The notes: generated by a model from the sequence alone, not told the origin. Counted from the first letter of the stretch, positions 50,541 through 61,916 are shown. The stretch is 64,000 nucleotides of DNA from Monocercomonoides exilis PA203 (GCA_001643675.2 LSRY02000045.1:620001-684000); one strand, 5' to 3'. Program-made: numbers and translations.

Positions 50541-51698
50541 TTAATAAAATGGAACACTAACTGGATATGTTATATTGAACTCAATAGTTCCCTTATTGTA
50601 ATACACCACTTGTTGAGATTTTATTTCCACAGTTATGTATGATACACCATCGTATTTAATTCGAACAGAACATGAACAATAATTTTCATAACCATCACCA
50701 CATCTGACTGTTATGCTGAATACGAAGTGAGATCCATCTGTGTATGGAGGAGACAAATAACTTTTTGCATTTGATACTGTGAATTTTCCAATTTGAATCC
50801 AAGCAGTTTTGTCATTGCCCGAGAGACTTTCAATATCTCCTCTGACATACATAGTGGCAAGCTCTCCATATCGACTAATAAATCCGAATGTGTTTTTCAG
50901 CAAGCTATTTCCAGTGAAAGCAAGTTTTTCTGAAGTTGGAATTCTGACTGCTCCAACTTTATTGTCAACGTATTGTTTTGTCACCAAGTGATAAATATTT
51001 GTTGGAACTGCTGATGTTGTTATTGCATTTGCAAATGTTTTGCTTCCAGTGATAGTTTCTGTTCCACTCAAATGAACCACACTTTCGTCATTAGCTTTTG
51101 AAGAATCACTTGGATGAATATGATCTTCTCTTGCATATTTATCTGATGTTCCGGCATTAACAGAACCATCCATTAACGGATTACTTGTTCCTGCTTTTTC
51201 TGATAATTCATCAGGAAGAACGTCAACTGATAACTTTCCACTTTCATCTAATCCTGCATATCCATTTGCTTTATCTTTATTTGTTGTTTTTTCATATCCT
51301 TCCAACTCAATTCCAGTTAAATCAATCATGTCTTCTGATATGGTTAGATATGATGATGCAATTTTTCCATTATTGTCAAGAGGAACATATCCATTCGCTT
51401 GTCCTTTGTTCTCAATCTTCTCACAAGTTTCAACAATATTATCAATCTGAACTGCTTTATAGTACTCGTTAAGTTCTCCCACACTAAAGTCACTAACATC
51501 ACACTCAATTTTCTTTAACGCTGTTCCATCCCACCAGTAATCAGGAACATTATTTCCTTTTATAAGTATTAATTGTCCTTTTACGAGATTTCCTTTATTC
51601 ACATCGATCCAAGTTTGCATCTCTGAAGCTGAATCAAACACTAAATTTCTTGTGCCTGTCTGTCTGAGCTGTCTCTGATAAATATCTGATGTTTGCAT
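50541..51698 (-). CDS. Phage tail-fibre-like protein (likely start MQTSD at 51698)
   Basis: Intact; PDYWWDG domain; two KxxANGY(V/A)xLDxxGK repeats; PLMDG..GTSDKYAREDHIHPSD; VVHLSGTETITGSKTF; VTKQYVD; beta-rich C-terminal head. Confidence 0.75.
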   Translation of the reverse strand: MQTSDIYQRQLRQTGTRNLVFDSASEMQTWIDVNKGNLVKGQLILIKGNNVPDYWWDGTALKKIECDVSDFSVGELNEYYKAVQIDNIVETCEKIENKGQANGYVPLDNNGKIASSYLTISEDMIDLTGIELEGYEKTTNKDKANGYAGLDESGKLSVDVLPDELSEKAGTSNPLMDGSVNAGTSDKYAREDHIHPSDSSKANDESVVHLSGTETITGSKTFANAITTSAVPTNIYHLVTKQYVDNKVGAVRIPTSEKLAFTGNSLLKNTFGFISRYGELATMYVRGDIESLSGNDKTAWIQIGKFTVSNAKSYLSPPYTDGSHFVFSITVRCGDGYENYCSCSVRIKYDGVSYITVEIKSQQVVYYNKGTIEFNITYPVSVPFY

Positions 51699-51751
51699 TT
51701 TCAATGATATTAAAAAACTAAAATTAATCGTTTTAACTGTTTTTAAAGATA

Positions 51752-52583
51752 ATGTTAAAAACACTTGTGAAAGTCCCTCCAAAAAGATACATAAAACAAA
51801 TGAAGGTGGAATTAACAGATTCAGACACTCAAACCACTAATCAAAACACTCAGAGTAATAATGTGGAAAATATTAATGAAAGAAATCTTTTTTATTCCAA
51901 TGAAAATAGTATGCCTATTCCAATTTCTGTATCAGCGAATTTAACCAAATCAACACATACTTCAACTCCATCGATGTCTAGTACAATTAACGTAAATGTG
52001 GCTGCAGGAAACACTGATTCAACAAAGGAGGCAGCTTCAAGAAGAAACAGTCAGCAAGAGCGAGAACAATCAATTCCTGAACGGATCTCTGATCCTCGAG
52101 GGGACTTTGTCCCCGAAGCACTTCCTTCACTTCCAGAATCGTTCGATAATTTCACAGCTTATCCTTCTGTTCCATTTGAACCATCAGCGCCCTCTTCATC
52201 AACACATCCTTATCCATTGTATTCGTTGCGAGAATCAATAACTATTAATCCTGATGACGAAAACAGATTTAAAGATAAATATATCGAGTTACTCATTAAT
52301 GTGATCAATTCTCCAAAAAAAGTGCTCAAGAGTTGCATTGAACCCAGTAAGATGATTATTCTTCCTGCTGATGAATTAACAATATTGATTGCATTATTGT
52401 AAGGAGTCAACGATGTTGAAATCATTATTGAAGAACAAGCAGTATCGTGTTTAGGAAAAGTGAAGTTCATCAAAGATATCTCTCGAATATTAGTCGGTGG
52501 ATTAGATCTTCAAATAAAATATTATCACATTTACAACAGACTGTTAGGTTATCATGTCTCTCTTGTTCACACATTCTTGAATA
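51752..52583 (+). pseudogene. Polinton hypothetical protein (low-complexity N-terminus; frame continues past TAA at 52400)
   Basis: 216-aa ORF followed by an in-frame continuation GVNDVEIIIEE... Confidence 0.5.
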
Positions 52584-52938
52584 ACTCGAAAGAAAAATAA
52601 ATGTTATATATATTTTTGAAAGAAAAATCCTTCGCCTGAATTTCAGGCAACGATTATTAAAGTCATTTTTTGAAGATGCAGAACTTTCCGTATCATCATT
52701 TTTTGACATAAGTTGAATAAATCATTAGTTGAATGCAAAAATGATATCAAATCAACTGTTTTCATAGTCAAAAATGATACGACACAAGTGACTAAGTTTT
52801 TCATGTGCCGATGTGTGTCATGCCGTTTTTGCATATGAGATGTCCTGATTTCAGTCTCAATATTGATCAATCTTATGTCTAAAACTGCAAAAGACCGGCA
52901 CAATCAGCACTGCACAAGTGAGCGATTCAAGATTCTTT

Positions 52939-53072
52939 AAAAACAGGTTTGCAGGTCTGCGTATGTTACGTTACATAAATAATTGATTGATGAACTAATG
53001 TCAATGCACAGGGTGCACAGGGTGCACAGGGTTATTTCACTTCTTGTAAAATCAGTGGCCATACGGACATAT
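52939..53072 (+). repeat. Internal inverted repeat, left arm, with three TGCACAG(G/T)G iterons
   Basis: Reverse complement of 55824-55957. Confidence 0.92.
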
Positions 53073-53139
53073 GTGACATTATTGTTTGAAAAATATATCC
53101 AACATATAAGCTAAATACCCCTGAAGCAATAGAGATTCT

Positions 53140-55758
53140 TCAAATCGATAGTGCATCTACAATTTCATCTCCTGCAGTTATTGTTTGATGATACAAAGAC
53201 TTACATTCATCTTTCAATATATAATACCATGATCGTACTCCATTTTTTGTTTTTTGTTTATGAACGCATTTATCTTTGATCTGCAGTTGAAAATTTTTAT
53301 CTTTCATCTCACAAGGTTTATTTGCAAGAGCATCTGTACATTTCATACCTTCGCATAGGTCATCATAATAATCACAAATCCAGTTTTCAAAAGGGTTTTT
53401 GCTTGCCTCGATTATATCTTGTTTTGCTTCTGTTATTGGAATTAATCTAACGTTGAACTTTGAGAGATCTCTTTTCATGAAATACGTTAACAGATTATCA
53501 TAGAATTCCGTTGTAAATGAATCACATAATTGTTCAAAGAATGAAAAGTTATTTTTGTATTTTCCATTACATGCAAGCACAACGTATCTACGATCTCCTA
53601 TTTCTATTTTTAAAGGAAAAGAATTATTAGTTACGAATATAAAGTTAGCAACATTTTCAAAATTTCTTCTTGGTTGATTCTTTTCGTTTATTCTTATTAC
53701 TATATCTGTAATGACTGATTTTAATGCATTGAAGTTTGCTAGTCTATCTTCTCCACAGTTCTTGAGTTCGTTTAATATTATTAACATTTTGCTTTCTACA
53801 ACAGAATTAAAGTTACCTGTCAATTCTCCTATTTCTGTAACATTTCTGCTCGAATATCCAGCAAACAATTCAGATATTACATCTGTAAATCTATTCTAAC
53901 CAATCCCTTGAAGTCCTTTCAATACCAAGGCAGTTTCATTTTTGATTCCAGGATGTTGAACAATATTAGCAATCCAGTTAATAACATATTCATATAGTTC
54001 ATCATTTGAATCTGCAATTACCTCTCGAACAAAGTCAAGAAACATTGATATTATTTTCATGGCGACTTGTTCAAGAATTCGATACTTAAACCCTTGAAAC
54101 ATAGAATACATGTTTGGAATATCTAAAGCATTAAACATAACACCTTGTAATGTTAATTTGGATAAACCTGTGAGTAGAATGTCATATGCAGTTATTGTTT
54201 TCGATTCAGTCTTCCACGATTGTATCATCTTTAGATTTTTCTTCATATTTGTATCTGTGACGAAAGCAATACACCAGCATTTGTCAAATATATTATACTC
54301 TTTTTGTATATACATTGATCCAGTTTCAATAAATCGAAAAACTCTTGAAAGATCAGTAAATACTTCACTATTGTTTTTATACTGGCCACTTTCTGATTTG
54401 TTTCTTATATCTGTTTGTGAAAATGAATCATATAAATCAATTGGTTCGATACACTTTTCATATTCAACTGCTTCTTTTTCTTTTGAACTTTTCAAAAGTT
54501 TCATTTTCTTTATCTCAGGAACAACAGTGTTTTGATAATATTCTGGACACCAGATCTTAACAATCTTTTGTAAGACATAAGGTGTTGATTTCTTATTCAA
54601 ACAGTTCTCTCGTGTTTTATCCCAATTCAGATCAGCATTGGCTGTTAAAGTATTATTGCTTTTTATCTCTTGATAATACGCTTCGATGTCTTCTTCTTGT
54701 ACTGATTCGATATTAATGAGACTGTTAATGGCGCAAAACAATGGGAATAACGATAATTCTTTATCGATACTGAAATGACAATAATTATGAATTGTAACAT
54801 TTGTGATTCCACAAACAAGCACTTCAGCAAACTCTTTCGGCATCGAGCAGAGTCCATCAGCTGTTAGATGTATGTTCGTATCATCATTAAATGAATCATA
54901 TCGAATATCAATACCAAATATGTTTAGTATATCTTCCAATGATGAAAGATTCGATTTGTCAAGATAGTTATTCAAGTCAACATAATTTTTAACTATTTTT
55001 GAATCTCCTTTGACTCTTTCACGTATTCTGGTCTCAGCCTGTTCAATGAATAGATTGATTGCAGAATCATTATATCGACCAGTTATATCACACTCTTCTT
55101 TTGCTTTCTTTTTCAGTTTCTCAGGAATATGTATTGTTGCATCCTTGCTCTCTTCTTCAGTGAACTTTATTATTTTTGTTTCGGCTTGAACAAGACATCG
55201 TCGATTTCCATTCACACAAGTAAACACATCTATCTCATAGTCGGAACACTTGTAGACTTTTGTTTGTGAATCAGTCTTTAATGGATATTCATCTCGGTCA
55301 CAATAGATATGTAATCCACCATTTCCTGTCTGAACTAATCCAACATTTTCTGGTAATCTTAAGAGAATTGATTGTCTGATTTTTTCTTTTCTTTCTTCGT
55401 CGACTGCTTTGTTTATATCGATATCAACTACAGCTGGATTATCAATTTTGCTGATATCAATATATTGTCCTGTTTTTTGTCCTGTTTCATAAATCGTTTC
55501 ATCTGTATCCTTGTTCTTAAATTCTCGAGACACTTTCTTGTAATTGTATCATGGTTTTATACATCCATTTATTCGTTCACCAATAGTTTTCTTTTTCATC
55601 ATTTCTTTTCGTATTCTCTGTTTTTGTTCTTCCTGTACAAACATCTTTTCTATTATTGGATCTTCGTCAACCATTAATGCTGGATTCTTTTTAAAAGATC
55701 AGAATTTATGACCATCGTGTTTTCCATTTGTCTTTTTAGTGGAAGCAAAAAAATCCAT
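53140..55758 (-). pseudogene. AEP (Prim-Pol-like) primase fused to a D5-like SF3 helicase; 3 in-frame stops
   Basis: VVDIDI and VQTGNGGLHIY (AEP motifs); Walker A GLQGIG*N with the Lys replaced by TAG 53896; Walker B IILNEL; motif C IFVTNN; DRR. Frame opens at ATG 55758 and crosses two TGA. Confidence 0.88.
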
Positions 55759-55823
55759 TTTTTTTAAAACAAAACTTATTTTTGATTTTAGTTTTCAAAT
55801 GCATTTTTTCATATATATGACCA

Positions 55824-55957
55824 ATATGTCCGTATGGCCACTGATTTTTTAAGAAGTGAAATAACACTGTGCACCCTGTGCACCCTGTGCATTGACATTA
55901 ATTCATCACACAATTATTTATGTAACGTAACCGCAGCAGACGAGCAGACATGTTTTT
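55824..55957 (-). repeat. Internal inverted repeat, right arm
   Basis: Reverse complement of 52939-53072. Confidence 0.92.
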
Positions 55958-56099
55958 TCTATTAATTAAAATGACCCGGTGAACTGACATTCTTTTTCGA
56001 TATTTCTTTTGTGAATCGTTAATGTTTCTTTAACATAAATGAAAAAAATATTATTAATATTGTCATAAATAATGAAAACAGTTTTGATATATTTTTGAT

Positions 56100-56627
56100 T
56101 TAATACTCCAACATGTATTTCATTACGAACTTGACATTAGACATATCCAAAGGAGTTTCATCAAAATTTTTGAACCAAACTCTGAAGTTATCTTGTTGAA
56201 AAAACTGCTGATATTTATCTCTCTCTTGAAATTCATTACAATACCTAACAAGTGAATCATTATCTTTATCTTCATGAATGAAATCCCCATGTAATGAAAT
56301 GTGTTTAGGCTCTTCAAGTGCAATAGTATTTATTAAATTTGAAGATTCAGTGTTGTTTAATTCAATTTTTCGAATTAGTTTACACCATATTACATGAAAA
56401 TATCTTTTGCGTTTTGAATTTATAAACGCTTTTGGAAGAATAGTGATTAAAGTTGATGTTGTGTGATATCTTTTAACAGGCACACAGTTCTCATAATTTA
56501 TATCTATGTTCGATGAAATATCACACAGGGTCAAGGTCTGCAGAGCAGCCTTCGCTGGATGCACTTCATGTGCAGTCATTTTCTGAAAATTAAAATCCCA
56601 AAGCATTTCAAAAATGAAATTAAACAT
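56100..56627 (-). CDS. Polinton hypothetical protein (beta-rich; minor capsid/penton candidate by position and size only)
   Basis: Intact ORF downstream of the capsid candidate; no motif recognised. Confidence 0.55.
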   Translation of the reverse strand: MFNFIFEMLWDFNFQKMTAHEVHPAKAALQTLTLCDISSNIDINYENCVPVKRYHTTSTLITILPKAFINSKRKRYFHVIWCKLIRKIELNNTESSNLINTIALEEPKHISLHGDFIHEDKDNDSLVRYCNEFQERDKYQQFFQQDNFRVWFKNFDETPLDMSNVKFVMKYMLEY

Positions 56628-56757
56628 TCATCGATTCAGGTGTTGGAAGTCTTGGAGGATCTTCATTTTTTATTGCTGCTGTTAATAATAAACACTGGAA
56701 TGTTTGGACAATTGTTGATATTATTAATGTTGTGCAAAGGACAATTTCAAATAACAT
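56620..56757 (-). CDS. Small 45-aa hydrophobic, putative membrane protein
   Basis: Manual translation MLFEIVLCTTLIISTIVQTFQCLLLTAAIKNEDPPRLPTPESMNV*; below the ORF-track cutoff. Confidence 0.4.
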   Translation of the reverse strand: MLFEIVLCTTLIISTIVQTFQCLLLTAAIKNEDPPRLPTPESMNV

Positions 56758-56826
56758 TTATGTATTTGTAATGATTGACTATTTCATTATTGATAAAAAT
56801 TAAAAATATATATATAATTGGTTGGT

Positions 56827-58587
56827 TTATTCTTCTAATTCTCCAGCTGGAGTATATCCTAACTCACTTAATACATCTTCTGTAGTATGATCTTTAACAT
56901 ATTGAACATTTAATCCATCTTTGAGACTAAAAATCCAAAATGATTGTTGAACCATGTTGAATAGAGGAGCAGGGGGATGTCTTGCATTTTGAGTGAGATC
57001 ATCTCTAACGTTGTAATAAGTATCTGTTTCTCCACTGTAAATGGGAGTTCCTCTGAGTTCAACAGAAACAGGAGTATTTCCAGTGTGAATTCCATAAAAA
57101 CAGATTCCAGTTCCACAACTTCTCTCACACTGTGTTGTGAACATGAATGATGTTTCATCAGTAGTTGGAAAGAAGACTTCAGAAGCATTATTTTTGACAC
57201 TTGTGAGACTCTCTTCATACTCCTCAGTGGCTGGGAATAAAGAATCAAGATCTGAAGCATTAAGCATCATCTGGAAAAACATTGCATCTGTAGTATTTAA
57301 AGGCTTTTCAGGGAATCGTCTATCACCGATGTAGAGTTGGAGCTCTTTATATTGAGGGTTATCAAATGTTGTCCAATGACGAGTATCTTTTTGGAATAGA
57401 GAAACTGTTGACATAACATGATTAAAGCATAAGTTGTCATGGCACTGTTGAAATCCTGAAGGAGTAGGAGCACTTCCTAATCTTTTTGTCTCAATTCTTT
57501 GTGAAGGAACTACAAATGGATGAGAAGAGAAGTATTCAACAAGATTAGTTTAGCACTGAGAAGACACATTTTATCCCGCAATAGAGATCTTACAGTCTTT
57601 CGTCTGGCAAAATGTGACTGTGGGAGTAAACTCAGGAATAATAGTTTCATAATTGAATCCATCAACAGTTCCTTCAGCAGTTAAGTCATAATTAAATACA
57701 AACTGACGTGAAGGACAGTTTATTTGTGTGAACTTCTTTGCATACTCAAAACATGAATCAGGAGTAGTAAGGATCATCTTCATTACGCTATCGTAGTTTT
57801 GTCCTTGTGAAGATTTGAAGAAGTTTCTTCGTTTTCCTACAGTTTTGATCATGGACATTTTTGGAGATACTCGACAGTTAACAAGTGCTTCAGGTTTTAT
57901 GGTGTATTTGAGTTTCAAATTTCCGAATAAACGATTTGGATAATCAATAAATCCTGAAAACAGAAGAATATCATCAAGAGGAATAGATATTGGAATATCA
58001 ATATCAAGATAAGATCCTGCTTTAATTAGTGTTATCGGAACGTAGACTCCACAAGCAGAATTATCATATTTGTGCACATTATCATATAAAGAGTGTATAT
58101 GTTTTCGATTATCTTTCTCAGTTTTTGGCTTGATTGTGTTATATATAAATGATTCAATAGTTGCATTGGGCTGACGAGTAGAATCAATAATCTTATCTTC
58201 TCCATGAACAACACAATAATCTGAGATAATATTTGATCCTGATCTCAGTCCGATGAACATAAATTGAGACTCAAGCAGTTTCTTTCCTGCTTGTGAGATC
58301 TCATTATCGCGTGTAACAAGATCATGAGAGAAATTAATTCTTGCAGTAATGACTGTAGTAATAAATGAATCGTGAATTTGTGTGACATCCACATTTGCGT
58401 TAGTCATCGATATGTTTATTTCATGAGTGTAATCCAAAGGAAGTTTTTCATCAGGAATAGCTTCAGAAATAGAATAATAGTGTCTTCCATCGTTGATTGC
58501 AGTCATTTTTGAATAAGTTTTTAATGCAGCCTCAATATTTCCGACAGGCTGTAACCCAAGTGATTTTGTAACATGCAGATTTGACAT
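56827..58587 (-). pseudogene. Probable major capsid protein (divergent double jelly-roll), ~586 codons, two in-frame TAA
   Basis: ORFs 57571..58587 and 56827..57414 are one frame (IAG*NVSSQC*TNLVEYFSSHPFVVPSQRIE); largest beta-rich structural-type ORF near the ATPase. The fold is inferred. Confidence 0.6.
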
Positions 58588-58645
58588 TTCGTATTTAATA
58601 GAAGATAAAAACTTGAAGAATATAATATTTTATCGCTATCAAAAT

Positions 58646-58999
58646 ATGTCAGCTGGAATTTGGAACAAAATGAAAAACTTTTTCTCGAATACATTTAATA
58701 CTGTGAAGAATGGAATTAAATGGGTGAACGATAAGGTAGTGAAGCCTCTTATTCGACCGGTATTGAATACTGTATCACCATTCCTTCCTGGTCCTGGAAA
58801 ACTAATTAATAACGTTGTCAACACAGTGAGTGATTTTGCTGATAATGCTCTTGGAAACAGAAGCAGAAACATCTCTTACGATCTGCAATATTCCAACAAT
58901 TCAGGAACATTAAACAGATCAGGAGGAATGAATCGAGCAACATCGAGTACATCAGATATTCTAAAGCAAGGATTGCTTAACAGAAGAGTTCAACTTTAA
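58646..58999 (+). CDS. Small basic protein with N-terminal amphipathic helix (adenovirus protein VI-like membrane-penetration candidate)
   Basis: MSAGIWNKMKNFFSNTFNTVKNGIKWVNDKVVKP. Confidence 0.6.
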   Translation: MSAGIWNKMKNFFSNTFNTVKNGIKWVNDKVVKPLIRPVLNTVSPFLPGPGKLINNVVNTVSDFADNALGNRSRNISYDLQYSNNSGTLNRSGGMNRATSSTSDILKQGLLNRRVQL

Positions 59000-59075
59000 A
59001 AATAAAATTATTAATGGAATCCACAAAAATATTTTTCACTTGATGTTATTATTTATTTTTGTATTTATAATTTGT

Positions 59076-60083
59076 TTAGAATTGTTCTTCTTCGATATCC
59101 ATCTTGTCAGAAATCGCTGAAGATAAAGAAGACGAAGAAGCTGATGATGATGAACTTGAGCCTTGATTAGATTTGATAAATATTTCAATTAAAGGATTCT
59201 GAAGATCCGGATTTGTATTAATTAATGGGACGAAATTTGTCAAAGGATTTTGAGAAGTGAATATCATTTTTGCAACTTGAATCGTTGTTGGAGCATATCT
59301 TTTTATGAGAACATCGAAATCGTTATCAGTTAATCGAGAGTAGAATGCTTTCCAATACTTTCTGTGCTTTGATATCACATTTCCTTTATCGATAAACATA
59401 TTGTAAATACCGATGTTTGGATTGATAGCCATCATCATATCATGAATCAAACACTGTCTGTATATTACAGAATTTATTTTTGTTAGATGCTGACTGTAGG
59501 TGAATTTCTTATTTTCACATAATTTTCTCACCTCATCACTTGTGTCGAAACTTTATTGAAACCTCTCAAGGATCTGTGAAACTACTCTCTTTTTGAAATC
59601 AATATCCATTCTGTCAACTTGTCCTTTATGAAGATTCTTCAAATAATCAACATATTTGTTCTCACGTCTGTCATTCAAGTTTGGAAATTTATCAATATAA
59701 TTACACATTAGTTTTCTTCTCTTGCGCTCATCTCCTGTTGTATATCCATCAACTGCATATATATCGTTATTTGGAGTTTTCCAAATGATCTAATCGGGAG
59801 TATCAGGGTTGTTATCATGATCTATTGAATCGAAACTCCAATCTTTTCCTTCTTTCCAAAGTTTATTTCGTTTCAGATAGTTTTTCCCTGACTGTTCACT
59901 CATTAAACCTTTAATATATCGTATTTCCTGTTGTTGATCAAGTATAATATGTTTCAATTCATCCATTCCAAGTTTTGCTTTTGGGCCACCTGCATGTGCC
60001 TTTTTTCTATTGGTGGTATCTGATGAAAATAGTGAAATTCCTTTTTTTGGTAACTCAAGCAGATTTAGACTGTTAAACATCAA
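59076..60083 (-). pseudogene. Polinton hypothetical protein (~335 codons, two in-frame stops)
   Basis: ORFs 59790..60083 and 59076..59531 join in one frame through TAG 59790 and TAA ~59552 (manual translation). Confidence 0.6.
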
Positions 60084-60144
60084 TAGTTCTTTTATACAAG
60101 ATAAAAATGTTTTAATCAGATTAAAATACTAAATAATTATCATT

Positions 60145-61119
60145 ATGAAAAGTGGACAGATTCTTCCTGCGTTCCTCGTAGGAAGCAGCGAGAGATCGCA
60201 GCTTCTTAAAGAAATCAACTCGAGATCCTTAGAGACAATCGTGAATAGAAGAAACAGAGAGGCAGAATTAGATATCACGTATGAGATTCAATCAGATATA
60301 CATCCAGATCTGTTTTTCATACGTATTTCTGTTAATTTGCTTGTAGGAGGAAGAGGAAGTGGAAAAACATATAGTGTTTTGAAAGAACTAGCTAAAGTGA
60401 GTGCATTAGATGAATTATATCAAGAATATGATGTCACTCCTGAGTTGCATTTTGGAGGCTATTCATTATTTGTGTATGTGTCTGACAAGAGTTGTGATCA
60501 AACATTTGAGAGGATGAAGAAATTTATTGAATTTCCAATAGTGCAAGTGAGATATAATGAAGCTTTAAAAACACTAACTGATATCAGTAATGCCAAAGAA
60601 CTATATCGTGACATACGCAATAGAAAACAACAGGATGAATCAGTTGTGAATGCTGTATTGGAGACACTGCATATAGAAGACTTTTCTCAACCTGTTCATC
60701 ACACAGCAGTTTTATTTGATGACTGCATGGAGATGTTCAAAAAGAAAGATGGATTATTTGGATTACTGTTTGAGAATAGACAGCCTATGATCACATTCTT
60801 CTTATGCTAACAAGATCCAAAAGGAATATGCTCAGAAGTGAAAGCTAATTTGGACACTCTGTGGATATTTGAAGGATTCTCCAAATTGAAGTTCAATTAT
60901 GTATATTATCAGTTGCAGACTAATCAAGATCGTGATACTCTATGGGAAGGCTACAAAAATTTAAGCAGAAGAGACATCATGCACTTCTCATATGATGATG
61001 ACGGGACAAAAATAAAGACCATTATTAATGCTAAAAAGGATGACCCCCGACAGGGATCAGAACTAAGCGATAAGAACAGAAGAACAGCTATCAACGTGAG
61101 ATATGTTAGAAATATTTAA
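60145..61119 (+). pseudogene. A32/FtsK-like genome-packaging ATPase (one in-frame TAA)
   Basis: Walker A LLVGGRGSGKT, Walker B AVLFDD, Arg finger ENRQ, FFLC*QD, KANLD; 60145 and 60838 are in the same frame. Confidence 0.88.
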
Positions 61120-61463
61120 AGAATTCTATTATTTTTCAAAGTTTCTACAACGATTTCCATTTGTTTTGACAAAATATAGATTGCATCAATAATTTCAGAA
61201 TCGTTCGATAAATTTTTCGACAAGATATTATTTGAAGATTTCTTTAGTGATATCTTGTTATTGAGTTTAGTGATTCTATATCCTTCTATGTGATATTGCT
61301 TATTGAGTTTACATGTTGATAGCTTATTCATCTCTTCTTCATTATCTGTTAGATATTCTTTAAACTCCTGAACTGTTTCAAATGTTTTAATATCAGGTGA
61401 AAAAGGTTCAATTATTGTTATATCTGGTAATTCTTTTTTAACAATTTTGGCTGTTTTTGACAT
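61116..61463 (-). CDS. Polinton small hypothetical protein (115 aa)
   Basis: Intact ATG ORF preceded by the TTTTATC motif. Confidence 0.65.
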   Translation of the reverse strand: MSKTAKIVKKELPDITIIEPFSPDIKTFETVQEFKEYLTDNEEEMNKLSTCKLNKQYHIEGYRITKLNNKISLKKSSNNILSKNLSNDSEIIDAIYILSKQMEIVVETLKNNRIL

Positions 61464-61520
61464 CTTTTAAAAGAAGATAAAAATAAAAATCACTTACGTT
61501 TTATTCACTTATGATATTCA

Positions 61521-61868
61521 TTACTGTTTTATATCTTTACTTTCATCAGTGCTATCTGGTATGTTCTTTTTAAAATCTTTTTCAGCACGAAGTGCCGGGA
61601 ACAGCAAACTGTTTTCACAATATTTTCTATAAGCCTCTTCAATAGAAATATATTTAGCATTATTGAGAATTGTTTGGACCTCTTTTAAAGTGTCTTCACT
61701 TTCGAACATGTTTTTTGAAAGCATTTTTATGACAGTTAGTTGAATTGAATGTGAATGCTTTTTAAAGAACTCATTTTGTAATTTGTATCTTTCTTGACTT
61801 TTTCTTATTTGCTGCAGTTGTTTTGCTTTTGCTTCTTCTTCTGATTCATATAACTTTTTTCTTCCCAT
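61521..61868 (-). CDS. Polinton small basic/helical protein (MGRKKLY..., possible DNA-binding)
   Basis: Intact 115-aa ORF. Confidence 0.6.
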   Translation of the reverse strand: MGRKKLYESEEEAKAKQLQQIRKSQERYKLQNEFFKKHSHSIQLTVIKMLSKNMFESEDTLKEVQTILNNAKYISIEEAYRKYCENSLLFPALRAEKDFKKNIPDSTDESKDIKQ

Positions 61869-61916
61869 TGAATTTTAAATTGAATAAAAAAATATTTGAA
61901 TTATTTTTTTATCATA

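Noticed and set aside
52470-52903. Candidate Polinton cysteine protease
   Set aside because: No His-Trp or Gln-x-Cys-Gly adenain motifs in any frame I translated.
44409-61119. Alternative genetic code (TAA/TAG = Gln, as in some oxymonads) explaining the in-frame stops
   Set aside because: Stops fall where Lys (Walker A), Leu or Tyr are expected; TGA stops also occur; genes end in TAA; the 3594-aa host ORF has no internal TAR.
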